64,000 nucleotides of DNA, from assembly GCA_027036135.1 (NCBI GenBank), contig JALVSY010000016.1:224001-288000 (forward strand), in the 5' to 3' direction. This DNA is from Pyrodictiaceae archaeon. GTDB taxonomy: Archaea; Thermoproteota; Thermoprotei_A; Sulfolobales; Pyrodictiaceae. The position numbers and the translations under genes were made by a program. The notes under the pieces are model-generated. The model saw only the letters and a program-made list of their open reading frames with translations, did no database searches and was not told where the DNA came from. This document shows, piece after piece, positions 17,601-27,720 of this stretch (positions are counted from its first letter, which is position 1; the number at the start of each line of letters is the position of its first letter).

Positions 17601-19046
17601 ATGTCTAAGGCCTTGTCCTCCGTGGATGAATCCGTACTAGAAAAGGCAATTAACAAGATGCTTAGCGAGGGTGCTAGCTACGCTGAGGCTAGGTATCACG
17701 AGATAAGAAGAACAAGCATACTGCTAATCAACGGGGCCGTCATGGGTGTAGAGCAGAGTGTTCGCTCCGGCATTGCTCTGAGAGCCATAGTTAGTGGCGG
17801 CCTAGGCTTCGCCTCTACAACCAGCACGAGCACCGAGGCCGTAGAGAAGGCTGCACTGAGAGCTGTTGCGGCGGCAAAGACCTCCGCAACGGGCGTGAAG
17901 AACCCGGTTAGAATGTCTCCTGCAAGACTCGGTAGGGCCAAGTACAGTGTCGCCGAGAAGGAGCCTTTAGAGGACATCGCTATAGGTGATAAGATAGCCT
18001 CACTACTCGAGGAGTATAAGGTCCTCGTACTCGAGAGAAACGGGTTCAAAGTCCCAAACACAACAATGATTTATACTGATAGTGTAGAGTACAAGGTGCT
18101 CATCACCAGCGACGGTGCTTATGTTGAGAGCCGTGTTCCGCGCGTAGCCGCTATGTATAATCTAGCAGCTGTATATGGTGAGAAAAGAGCTAATCGCTTC
18201 GGAGAGCTGGGGGCAAGTGGTGGCTATGAGCGCCTAAAAGAGTTCAGGCTAGGCGAGAAGATACAGGACGACATTAATAGCCTATATATTAGCCTCGTGG
18301 AGGCAAAATCTCCTCCTAGGGGCAAATTAGACGTAGTCCTTTCCCCGGAGATAGTGGGGCTAATGGTCCACGAATCCGCTGGTCATCCAAGCGAGGCTGA
18401 TCGTGTACTTGGCAGGGAGGCTGCACAAGCTGGTATGAGTTTCCGAGCAACCTACAAGGAGGAGACAATAGGGAGCCCTACCGTAACTGTTGTTGATGAC
18501 CCGACTATACCTGGGAGTTTCGGCTTCTACCTATATGATGACGAGGGTGTTGCCGCCCGTGAACGAGTCCTCTACGATAAGGGCAAACTAGCTGAGCTGC
18601 TTCATAACCGCGAGACAGCCGCTATCTATGGGACCGAGAGTAATGGAGCAGCTAGGGCAATGGATTATTTGAGCGAGCCGATAGTACGCATGGCCAACAC
18701 TTACATGAAGCCCGGCGACTACAGCTTCAATGAGCTAATCGAGGACATAAAGCATGGTATCTATATAAAGAAGTACATGGAGTGGAACATAGACGATATA
18801 CGTTGGGGGCAGAGATACGTAGGTCTCGAGGCTTACGTTATAGAGAATGGTGAGCTCGGAGAACCAGTAACCAATGTAGCTCTCGAGGTAACCACGAAGG
18901 AACTCTATAGCTCCATAGACGCTGTTGGAAAGGACCTAGTTTTCTACGCTGGTCTTTGCGGTAAGGGGGAGCCTCCACAAGGCGTGCCCGTCTGGATGGG
19001 TGGTCCTCACGTAAGGCTTAGAGGGGTGACCATAAGGTGGGCATAG
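17601..19046 (+). CDS. tldD: TldD-family metalloprotease
   Basis: HESAGHPSEAD, DDEG, RMANTY, CGKG. Confidence 0.93.
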   Translation: MSKALSSVDESVLEKAINKMLSEGASYAEARYHEIRRTSILLINGAVMGVEQSVRSGIALRAIVSGGLGFASTTSTSTEAVEKAALRAVAAAKTSATGVKNPVRMSPARLGRAKYSVAEKEPLEDIAIGDKIASLLEEYKVLVLERNGFKVPNTTMIYTDSVEYKVLITSDGAYVESRVPRVAAMYNLAAVYGEKRANRFGELGASGGYERLKEFRLGEKIQDDINSLYISLVEAKSPPRGKLDVVLSPEIVGLMVHESAGHPSEADRVLGREAAQAGMSFRATYKEETIGSPTVTVVDDPTIPGSFGFYLYDDEGVAARERVLYDKGKLAELLHNRETAAIYGTESNGAARAMDYLSEPIVRMANTYMKPGDYSFNELIEDIKHGIYIKKYMEWNIDDIRWGQRYVGLEAYVIENGELGEPVTNVALEVTTKELYSSIDAVGKDLVFYAGLCGKGEPPQGVPVWMGGPHVRLRGVTIRWA

Positions 19047-20353
19047 ATCTCCACACGGTTGCCGAGAGCATTGCTAATAAAGTGAAGAACCGCGTTGATG
19101 AGTATATTGTCAAGCTTGGGGCAGAGAACAAGTTAATGGTCAAGTATGCGCGCGGCGAACCCAGCGTTACTCAGTCGTGGCAAACACTGCGCCTAAGCCT
19201 CTACTTAGCCAAGGCAGGAAGAATAAGTGTTAGTAGCTTTAGCGCCGAGAGACCCGATGAGATACTGAGGAGAGTCCTGGATAGCCTTGAGCTGCTCAAG
19301 CCCTCGCCCTTCTATGCCCCGTTACCAGAGCCGAGTGGCGAAAACACGGAATACGTTGATGAGACAATAAAGACCATCGTTGAGGAAGGAGATGCAACGA
19401 GGCAGGTAGAGGAGATAGGCTTCAGTGAGCCAGGCGACGTGGCTGGCAAGATAGAGTTCTGGTATCTAAAAGAAGTATTGCTGGGAAGCAATGGCGCTGA
19501 CCTAAGACATGAGGCCACTAGCTTCAACGGCTACATCAGAGTATTCAAGGGAGAAAGTAGTGGCCAGTGGAGCTGGACTAGCACCTTCTACAACCCTCTT
19601 ATCGCGCGCAAGGCGATAGAAAGAGCAGGGGAGCTCGCGAAGCAGTGCGCAAAGCTCCCGAAGCGGCGGATAGAGCCCGGTAAGTACAGAGTGCTCTTAT
19701 CACCCATGGTCGCTGGTAATCTCGTAGAGCACATAGCTATGGCAGCAAGCGCTGGCAGCATGATATTCGGGACAAGCTTCTTTCAGGGAAGAAAGCCCGG
19801 CGAGAAAGTGCTTAGCGAGAAACTAACACTACTAGACAAGCCACGGGACAATACACTACCGGGCTTCCGGGGCTTCGACGACGAAGGAGTAGCCACGACT
19901 AATAAGGCAATAATTAAGGAGGGTGTACTCGAGACGATTCTTCACAACACGAAGACAGCAAAACTCATGAATGCAAAGACTACTGGCAATGCTGGCTGGA
20001 TTATGCCAGCACCATTTAATCTCGAAGTTGAGCCCGGCGATGCCACACTAGATGAGCTGATATCAGAGCTCCGAAACGGTATATACATAACCAATAACTG
20101 GTACACAAGGTTCCAGAACCACGTAGAAGGAGTATTCTCAACAGTCTCGAGAGACGCTGTAATAGTATACGAGAACCGCGAGCCCAAGTACTGCACAGAG
20201 CGCATAAGGATAGCCGATACAATGCCACGCCTCTTCTCATCGATAGAACTCATAGAGAAGGAACAATGGCCTATACAGTGGTGGGAAGTAGAAATACCTA
20301 CCAGGATATCACACATATTGATCGCCGAAGCAAATATCTCGCTACCTCAATAA
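19037..20353 (+). CDS. pmbA: PmbA/TldE-family protein
   Basis: FDDEG, TTGNAG, NWYTRFQN; lacks HExxxH; overlaps tldD. Confidence 0.88.
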   Translation: MGIDLHTVAESIANKVKNRVDEYIVKLGAENKLMVKYARGEPSVTQSWQTLRLSLYLAKAGRISVSSFSAERPDEILRRVLDSLELLKPSPFYAPLPEPSGENTEYVDETIKTIVEEGDATRQVEEIGFSEPGDVAGKIEFWYLKEVLLGSNGADLRHEATSFNGYIRVFKGESSGQWSWTSTFYNPLIARKAIERAGELAKQCAKLPKRRIEPGKYRVLLSPMVAGNLVEHIAMAASAGSMIFGTSFFQGRKPGEKVLSEKLTLLDKPRDNTLPGFRGFDDEGVATTNKAIIKEGVLETILHNTKTAKLMNAKTTGNAGWIMPAPFNLEVEPGDATLDELISELRNGIYITNNWYTRFQNHVEGVFSTVSRDAVIVYENREPKYCTERIRIADTMPRLFSSIELIEKEQWPIQWWEVEIPTRISHILIAEANISLPQ

Positions 20354-20545
20354 CCCTATCCACTATTTTACCCTTTTATTCCAAGCCTAGGCATTATTAG
20401 CGAACTACTAAACAAACACTATACTAATACCTAGCTTAACCTGAGTAAATTTTCTATATAACAGCGACTCGTACACTAAATCTATCTAGGATAAAGGCAT
20501 TATCAGTGACAATTACAGGGGGACACATCCGGAGGAGCAATTTGC

Positions 20546-20920
20546 ATGACCACCAGCAGAGCTAAAGAGCTAAGAATGTTATCTCTAACTAGTCCTCGAA
20601 GGCTTATAGGACTAATACTAGCAGCTATAGGTTATACACTAAGCCCTCTATCATGGTGGAATGATGGTTTCGTCAATATACCTTTAAGCATTGCCACCGC
20701 CTATGTACTGAATCGCTTCTTCGGCGTTGACCGATTGCTCGGTTTCTATATAGGTTATTTAACAACGAATACTATGGGCATGTTTCTCCTTATTTATGGA
20801 GGCAGATTAGTGGCTGCAAGGAGGCAAAGCTCTAGGAAGGAAATGGTTACTAGTACTATTATCAGCCTAGTATACACCGTTATAGCCTCCATCGTGCTAC
20901 GCATTATCGGCTTACTATAG
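20546..20920 (+). CDS. Small membrane protein (LSPLSWWND motif)
   Basis: Hydrophobic ORF with the conserved-looking GY.LSPLSWWND..VNIP motif. Confidence 0.7.
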   Translation: MTTSRAKELRMLSLTSPRRLIGLILAAIGYTLSPLSWWNDGFVNIPLSIATAYVLNRFFGVDRLLGFYIGYLTTNTMGMFLLIYGGRLVAARRQSSRKEMVTSTIISLVYTVIASIVLRIIGLL

Positions 20921-22009
20921 GGTATCGATCAGCGGCTTCTTGCCAAGATACTCCGCAGCCGTCACTACGCGGACACCTCGCTGCCTCGCATAGTTCAGCA
21001 CGGGGCTTACTCCCTCACGCCATCTCTTCTCCCTTAGGAGATGATGATCATAAATAATGAGGTATGGATGTGAGCCAATAATTGTTATTGCGTTCTTTAT
21101 GGCTCTTTCCAAGTTTATGCGGTTAAACATGTACGGATATAGGTAGGTGGGAGGCCCATCAAGCACAACTATGTCCGGTCTCTTCTCGGCTATAAACGCG
21201 GCGTAATCCTCTATTATTGGGCCCATCACGTCACTAGTGTAGAATACGTTTGTATTACCTATTTTCGCGTTAAAGCCTACTACCCAGCCAGTCCTATCAT
21301 ACTCCACGCCGTGGAACCACGGCTCCGTGAACTCTATTTCCACTCCGCAAAGAGTTATCCTTCTCCCATCAGCCCACACGATAACGGCATCGTTACTGAC
21401 CTCGCTTAGCCACGGACCCTTGCTCCAGAGGCTTGTTAGTTTCCTGAACCACTTTTTGCCTCTTGCCAGGAGTTCTTTTCTTCTCTCCTCATAGCCCGGG
21501 AATCTCCTCGAAGAAGCTACTGGGAGAGACTCGATAGGATCGACATATTCCCTACTAATTGGTTCTGAATAGATATTATTCTTGTCTATGCCCAAGATAT
21601 TGGTGAGTTTCTCGTAGAACTCTCTAGCACGATGCCACTGGCTCTCATTTATGTACTCGTTGGGGTTCTTAGCGATTATCGTTTTACCCTTGAAGAGCTC
21701 TAGGGGTAGAAGCGGGTCGCCTGGACGAGGGTGATGATCATAGTGGTAATGAGTTATGATCACGCCTTTTACACGTGTGCTTGACAAATGTGTAGCTATT
21801 CTTAGTAGTGCTTGTTCTCGTAGCCTTCTCTTCTCTTCATCAGGTAGGGGGTAACTGGGCTGCATAGCGGCAGCTCCTGGATCAACCAATATATCACAGT
21901 CATCACCGTGTAGCAGTATTGATGCTGACTTTGCTCCTAGGCTATCGAACCATATTACCTCGAATAAGTTGTCCAGGTTCATGCCTAGGCTCCTAGCCCT
22001 CCTGGTCAC
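20915..22009 (-). CDS. MBL-fold hydrolase, UPF0282 type
   Basis: FDSLGAKS, DPGAA, ITHYHYDH, HG, SD, DGPPTY, DHHLLR. Confidence 0.88.
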   Translation of the reverse strand: MTRRARSLGMNLDNLFEVIWFDSLGAKSASILLHGDDCDILVDPGAAAMQPSYPLPDEEKRRLREQALLRIATHLSSTRVKGVIITHYHYDHHPRPGDPLLPLELFKGKTIIAKNPNEYINESQWHRAREFYEKLTNILGIDKNNIYSEPISREYVDPIESLPVASSRRFPGYEERRKELLARGKKWFRKLTSLWSKGPWLSEVSNDAVIVWADGRRITLCGVEIEFTEPWFHGVEYDRTGWVVGFNAKIGNTNVFYTSDVMGPIIEDYAAFIAEKRPDIVVLDGPPTYLYPYMFNRINLERAIKNAITIIGSHPYLIIYDHHLLREKRWREGVSPVLNYARQRGVRVVTAAEYLGKKPLIDTL

Positions 22010-22943
22010 TAATTATCTCAGCTATCAGGTCTCGGTACACGGGAAGACTCCAGACCCACTTCTCTTTGCTATATCCCCCGCCCAGTATGGGGGTATCCGC
22101 CCTAAGCACAATATCATGAGCTTGTAACAATTCTAGCAATTCCTTGAAGGCATTATCTAGCCCTTGAACCGCTTTTGAAAGCTCTCCTAGTAACCCCTTT
22201 TCCCTTACCAGTCTAATGACTCTACGAAGCCTAGCTGCTAGGGCTCTCTTCCAGAAATCTATATCTCCCTTATACCTTGTTGCAAGTATTATAGTCTCTC
22301 CAGGGTTACCACCAGTTAGGCGCCACAATGTCTCCGGGTCGACCTCTATGCCGAGACGACTTACAAGCACTTTGTAGGCGCTGAGAGGTAGGCCATTAAC
22401 TCTCAGTATCTCTATTCCTTTATTAGGGCTAGAGAGTAGTGCCTTTAGCCCCAGCTGTGTACCAGCTCCAATTATTGTAACACTTAGAGCTCTCCAGAAG
22501 ATTAGCTTCCTAGCAGTACCCATTAATGAATCTAGGTAGTCAAGTGTTTTCCCAGGCCCTATACCCCTATCGAGATGATCAACTATCACCAAGACATGCC
22601 TACCCATAACGCTTGGAAGACCCAGCCTTACAAGCACTATGGGCAAGGCGTAGAGAAGCGCGGATCCCGGTGGCATCTCGGAGCTAGAGGCTAGCTCGCG
22701 TAGAATAGGCTCCGCAGTCTCAGAGGCTATTAATGCGCTGTCTACGCGGTCACCCTCAATAGCGTCAACATATACTACGAGATAGTTACGGAACCCCTTC
22801 ATACTCGCGGCAAAGCGCCTCAATAAAGTACTAATCCCTACTCCCCGAGGACCGTAAAGATAAACAGCATGAACACCTTGCTTAACAAGCCCTATCAGTG
22901 CAGATAACTCCGCTTCTCTATCAACGAGGTTTTTGTACCTCAT
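21993..22943 (-). CDS. Archaeal ATPase-like protein with a degenerate P-loop
   Basis: LVDREAEL, YGPRGVGIST (K to I), VIVDH, TGGNP. Confidence 0.75.
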   Translation of the reverse strand: MRYKNLVDREAELSALIGLVKQGVHAVYLYGPRGVGISTLLRRFAASMKGFRNYLVVYVDAIEGDRVDSALIASETAEPILRELASSSEMPPGSALLYALPIVLVRLGLPSVMGRHVLVIVDHLDRGIGPGKTLDYLDSLMGTARKLIFWRALSVTIIGAGTQLGLKALLSSPNKGIEILRVNGLPLSAYKVLVSRLGIEVDPETLWRLTGGNPGETIILATRYKGDIDFWKRALAARLRRVIRLVREKGLLGELSKAVQGLDNAFKELLELLQAHDIVLRADTPILGGGYSKEKWVWSLPVYRDLIAEIISDQEG

Positions 22944-23084
22944 CTACTTCCTCTCCACGTGGCTACCCTATCTATACCCGCTCTTAACAAGGCCTCGCCT
23001 CCCAACATCAATTCTGAAAATCCCTGCTAGGAATCATGGGGGGAAGTAGGGCTGAGAAAGAGGCTTGGACTGACCTCAACGATA

Positions 23085-24497
23085 ATGGTAAGGATTGTAG
23101 GAAACCTCATAGCATTGCTAATAAATATTGCCGCTGCCTTTGTACTCGTTCGCAGATTATCTCCAAGTGATTACGCGTTTTACCAAACACTCACGAAGAG
23201 AGGGACATGGATAGGATCACTAATAGTACTGCTACTAGGTGGCTGGATTTATCGATACAATGCACAGAGAATACCGGGCTCGTGGGAGGCTAGCATAGTA
23301 ATAAGCCTGCTATCTATCCTCTACGCATTCTCGTCAGGCCTACTTATAGCCTACTATCTTCACGTGAGCATGTATATCGCTCTCTTATCGGGACTCGCTG
23401 TCTCAGCGTTTATAGCCTATGTCATGATAAGGCAAGTCCTTAACGCCCTAAGACCGGTGCGCTATGCTTTTTTAGCGATAATTTATCGTCTTTTATATAC
23501 CAGTCTCATAGTTCTACTAGTCTACTTCATCGGCTATGGAGTAGCTGGAGCACTTTGGAGCATTGTTGCCGCGGGGGCCGTAGCTAGCTTTCTAGGCTAC
23601 ACGTGGGGGAAAAGAGCGAAGCCTCCTGCTAGTCGTTGGACAGGTATAGTAAGGGAATGGATTCGGCATAGCTTTGTATTTCTACCCTCAACTATCGCTC
23701 AAATATTAGCGAGCCTGGACGCCCTAATAGCCTACCATTTCTGGGGCAGCAGGATCGTTGCAGCTTTTTTTGCCACACTTATGATTTTTTCGCTAATAAG
23801 AGAATCTATTAGTGCCGGAGCAAGCTACGTTGCCACGTACTTACTCCAGGGAGGCGAAGAAGAGAAAAGTCTACAGGGTCTAGTAGCCTTACTAGCGCTT
23901 ACCATTCCTTTGCTAGTCTTTGTTGCATCTTATCCAACCCATATACTGTACCTGATAAATCCCCATTACGCATGGGCTAAGCCAGTCATCGCGTTTCATG
24001 CTATCTACACACTTATAGCGATGTTCGAGACGTATATAGCTTCAATCGCCAGCGGCTCTATTAAGGGGAGAGCAAGAGAGTCAGCTGGCAAGCTCCTAAG
24101 GCTTACATCTCTCGCCTTGATTACCCGCGTAACCTATTTCGTATTAATCACAGTGCTAGCTGCAACCATCACTGCTGGCTCCTCCGCGCTTATTGCATGG
24201 TCTGTCTCGCTAGCTACGATGTCCCTGCTATCCATAATAGGTTATATTGAGCTAACGCCTAGTCTAAGCTACACCACGTTCAAGAGACATATTATCCTCT
24301 TAACTATTTATACTATTTTGAGCTGTCTAGTAGCACGCCTAGTAAGGCTACCGCCGCCTGCTCAGCACTTCTTTGCAGAGGCAAAGATACTAGCCCTTCC
24401 TTTTATAGAGTATGTAGTAATAACATATATAATCATAGTTTTGGTAACACCTGAGCTCAGACAAATGCTAAAACACGTATTAAAAAATATAGCGTAA
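23085..24497 (+). CDS. Polysaccharide flippase/MATE-like membrane protein
   Basis: ~12-14 TM helices; RRLSPSDYA..Q resembles the Wzx N-terminus. Confidence 0.65.
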   Translation: MVRIVGNLIALLINIAAAFVLVRRLSPSDYAFYQTLTKRGTWIGSLIVLLLGGWIYRYNAQRIPGSWEASIVISLLSILYAFSSGLLIAYYLHVSMYIALLSGLAVSAFIAYVMIRQVLNALRPVRYAFLAIIYRLLYTSLIVLLVYFIGYGVAGALWSIVAAGAVASFLGYTWGKRAKPPASRWTGIVREWIRHSFVFLPSTIAQILASLDALIAYHFWGSRIVAAFFATLMIFSLIRESISAGASYVATYLLQGGEEEKSLQGLVALLALTIPLLVFVASYPTHILYLINPHYAWAKPVIAFHAIYTLIAMFETYIASIASGSIKGRARESAGKLLRLTSLALITRVTYFVLITVLAATITAGSSALIAWSVSLATMSLLSIIGYIELTPSLSYTTFKRHIILLTIYTILSCLVARLVRLPPPAQHFFAEAKILALPFIEYVVITYIIIVLVTPELRQMLKHVLKNIA

Positions 24498-24710
24498 AAC
24501 AATCTGCCGACAAAGCAATTGAAGACCGAGGGAATGGACTACGTCATAGTTGTTGACATAAGAATCTTCAGCTATAATGTAATATTGTACTATGATATTG
24601 TAGTGGCAACAATAGCGCTATATCTGCATGGCATAAAGGAAAAGAAACAAGCAGCTACCAGTAAGAAGTGGCCATTAAAGCCTCTGCTAGCTAGTAAGCT
24701 ATTACTAGTG

Positions 24711-25427
24711 CTAATCGTTATAGCGTGTAAAGAGCAATGGATCATCAGTTATGATATAATCTAGTTTATCTCGTAGCTTATTAACTATTTCAACATCATT
24801 GACAGTCCAAAGAACCGTCTTGAGACCTAATCGCTTAACTTCAGATAAGTAGTTTTTAAGACCCTGGAGCCCCACGATCCCTATAGCTTCAACCGGTGGA
24901 TTAATGGTCTCAAGGCCTAGCTCCCTTGCTAGCGCTAGTGCCCGCTTGGCCTTCTCAATGCTATCAATGTTAATACCTAGTCGCGCATCTTTATCAAGTG
25001 TTCTTATGCGCCTTAGTGCTTCCTCGTTAAAGCTTATGAATATGACGTTTCTTAGCCATCCCTTTTCCGCGACAATATTGTAGGAGGGAGCCGCTGCGCC
25101 TAGCTCCTTAATCTCTACGAATACTTCATAGGTCTTGGGGATAGCACCTAGAACCTCTTCGAGCGTGGGGATTGTCTGCGCCATGCCTAGGTGTATACGT
25201 TTTAGCTCATGTAATGTTGCCTCGTTGACACGCATACTTAGGCCAGCTACTCTCTCAAGATCCTCGTCATGAATAACTACCGGGTAGTCATCCTTGCTCA
25301 TCCTAACATCCAGCTCAACTCCATGAGCGCCATGCAACAGTGCACCGAGGAATGACGCAATAGTGTTCTCAGGATAGCGCCTAGGAAACCCTCGGTGCCC
25401 GATCACTTTAGGCATCAATGCTAGCAT
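24711..25427 (-). CDS. Glycerophosphodiester phosphodiesterase
   Basis: IGHRG, PENT, VELDV, HD, EIK, WTVN, IITD. Confidence 0.93.
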   Translation of the reverse strand: MLALMPKVIGHRGFPRRYPENTIASFLGALLHGAHGVELDVRMSKDDYPVVIHDEDLERVAGLSMRVNEATLHELKRIHLGMAQTIPTLEEVLGAIPKTYEVFVEIKELGAAAPSYNIVAEKGWLRNVIFISFNEEALRRIRTLDKDARLGINIDSIEKAKRALALARELGLETINPPVEAIGIVGLQGLKNYLSEVKRLGLKTVLWTVNDVEIVNKLRDKLDYIITDDPLLFTRYND

Positions 25428-25521
25428 CCCCCTTGGAACTATTTTGGCCCGATTAGTGCTTGTTGCGAGGAAAGAGCTTAATATCTTAAGGTCCTACAAG
25501 GGTATAAAGGGGCCTATTAAG

Positions 25522-26421
25522 ATGGGGCCCTGGGTTTTAATAGCTTCCTTAATAGTCATAATCGTCGCTATACTTGTTCTATTAGCGTTTGCGGCTGCGA
25601 AGAGGCTGCTAAGTCCTCCGCGCAAGAAGGGAGCATGGACGCCTCAAGACTTTGGACTAGGATACCAGGACGTAGAGATTGTCGCGGATGATGGTGTAAA
25701 GCTGAGAGGCTGGTTCATAGATGTAGGGAGCATGAATACCGTTATCGCTATACATGGATATACGTCGAGCCGCTGGGACGAGACTTATATGAAGCCAGTT
25801 GTCCACATGCTTGCTCGCAATGGCTTCAATGTACTAGCCTTTGACTTCCGCGCACACGGTGAGAGCGAGGGCAAATACACTACTCTCGGCGTAAGGGAGC
25901 TGAGGGACTATAGGAGAATAATATCGTGGCTCAAAAACAATTACCCCGACAAAGCCAAGAAGGTAGGTGTCATCGGCTACTCTATGGGCGGAGCAGTGGC
26001 CATAATGCTAGCCGCCACAGAGGATAGAATCGACGCAGTAGTGGCGGACAGCCCCTACATGGATATAATTGCGTCAGGCAAGCGATGGATAAAACGAATG
26101 AAACAACCCATGCGCGGCCTCCTACTGGTAGTTTACCCCCTCATAGTCTCATTTGCCTCGCACATTGCAGGGATAAATACCGATGAGTTAAAAATAATTA
26201 ATTACGCTGACAAGGTAAAGAAACCCCTGCTAATCATAGCTGGGCGTCGCGATGACCTAGTATCCATTAACGAGGTCAACTCGTTTTTCCAAAGAGCCAA
26301 GGCGCACAGGAAACCAGTTGAGCTATGGATAACCGATTCCCCTCATGTGAGATCAATACTTGACGAACCCGAGGAATATGAAAAGAGAGTCGTCTCATTC
26401 TTTCGGAGGTGGCTAAGCTAA
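25522..26421 (+). CDS. Membrane-anchored alpha/beta hydrolase (lipase/lysophospholipase-like)
   Basis: N-terminal TM, IHGY, FDFRAHGES, GYSMG nucleophile, D and H triad residues. Confidence 0.88.
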   Translation: MGPWVLIASLIVIIVAILVLLAFAAAKRLLSPPRKKGAWTPQDFGLGYQDVEIVADDGVKLRGWFIDVGSMNTVIAIHGYTSSRWDETYMKPVVHMLARNGFNVLAFDFRAHGESEGKYTTLGVRELRDYRRIISWLKNNYPDKAKKVGVIGYSMGGAVAIMLAATEDRIDAVVADSPYMDIIASGKRWIKRMKQPMRGLLLVVYPLIVSFASHIAGINTDELKIINYADKVKKPLLIIAGRRDDLVSINEVNSFFQRAKAHRKPVELWITDSPHVRSILDEPEEYEKRVVSFFRRWLS

Positions 26422-27707
26422 TGAGCCAGGGCATGGGAAGAACAAATGCAATATTGGTTGCACTCGCTATTCTAGTTCTTCTCTACTTTGCTGGATACTA
26501 TATGCCGGCTGCTGTGCTTACTCCAATGAGGAAAGAAGGCTTGATACCTGGAACCAAGCAGACCTGGAGGTTCTATGCTAGTCTGCTAAGAAGCATACCT
26601 GGCTATGTAGGCCTTGCACTGACTTTTGTATGGGGAGTGCTTGCCGACAAAATTGGTAGGCCGCGCCTCTTATTCGTATTAGGGCTTGTCATGGGCTCCT
26701 CACTCGTTCTCGTAGGTCTTGCTCATAGCTACTTGTACCTATTACTCGTGCTAACGATATTTGGTATTGCCCAGGCAGGCACTAGCCCAGTTATATACGC
26801 GTTTATTCCCGATATAACTCCTCCTGAACGAAGAGGAGTCGGCTATGCCGCCTACTATGCTGCTAGTGTTCTTGGCTTTGCTTCTGGCATGGTTATAGGA
26901 GGAATACTTCTATACTGGAGGACCGCTTTTATCGGAGTAGGCTTAGCCTTAATCCTTGTCGCGATACCTCTATACATGTTGTCTAGGGGCATAAGAATAG
27001 GTTATGCAGAGCAAGCAACTCCTACTACATACAGTCTCCGCGGGGCACTACGTGCAATACGTAATAGAACAGTTCTGCTTATGATGGGCCAGATAGTTCC
27101 TTGGGCAATACCATGGGGGTTCATAACTTACTATGCTGTAACATACTTGCAGACAAGGTGGGGCATACCAAGGGGTTTAGCGAGCGGTATTCTCGCGCTT
27201 GCAGCACTCTCTATAGCGCTTGGCCATGTTATTGGTGGGAAGCTAGCCGATAACTTGGTAAGGAAGGGTGATGTTAATGGTAGGGTAAAGGTATCGGTAA
27301 TAGGAATATCAATAGGGTTCCTAGCGATGCTTGGTATGTTAGCGTATCCCTACCCATATGGCTCAACAAGTATCCATGCCCTCCTACCGCCCGTTATTCT
27401 CGCCCTTACAGGCCTCATATTCACCACATTCCCCTACCCTAACATAAACTCGGTTATTAGTGACTGTGTGAGACCAGAGTATCGTGGAACAGTATTCTCG
27501 CTCTACAACATACTGAACGGAACAGGATGGGCAACAGGGCCATTACTCTATGGCATATTGTCAGAGTATTTCATGAGAAGCTATCCCGAGAGAACAGCGG
27601 TAATGTACGCAGCCGTGAGTATTGAGAGCTTGTGGATAATTAGCCTAGTCATATGGTTGTTGGTAGCAAAGACCTATCCGAGAGACCGGATAAGTGCTGA
27701 AAAGTAG
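26421..27707 (+). CDS. MFS transporter
   Basis: GVLADKIGR motif A, PERRG, 12 TM; TAATG overlap with the hydrolase. Confidence 0.9.
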   Translation: MSQGMGRTNAILVALAILVLLYFAGYYMPAAVLTPMRKEGLIPGTKQTWRFYASLLRSIPGYVGLALTFVWGVLADKIGRPRLLFVLGLVMGSSLVLVGLAHSYLYLLLVLTIFGIAQAGTSPVIYAFIPDITPPERRGVGYAAYYAASVLGFASGMVIGGILLYWRTAFIGVGLALILVAIPLYMLSRGIRIGYAEQATPTTYSLRGALRAIRNRTVLLMMGQIVPWAIPWGFITYYAVTYLQTRWGIPRGLASGILALAALSIALGHVIGGKLADNLVRKGDVNGRVKVSVIGISIGFLAMLGMLAYPYPYGSTSIHALLPPVILALTGLIFTTFPYPNINSVISDCVRPEYRGTVFSLYNILNGTGWATGPLLYGILSEYFMRSYPERTAVMYAAVSIESLWIISLVIWLLVAKTYPRDRISAEK

Positions 27708-27720
27708 CGGTGCTGCGGCT

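Noticed and set aside
23036-23085. Out-of-frame ATG followed by a G run before the flippase-like gene (possible slippage or longer N-terminus)
   Set aside because: The run is short and an in-frame ATG exists; it cannot be distinguished from chance without homologues or reads
24519-24764. 81-aa ORF and a TGAAGA C-box-like word
   Set aside because: It overlaps the phosphodiesterase end, has no motif, and no matching D boxes were found
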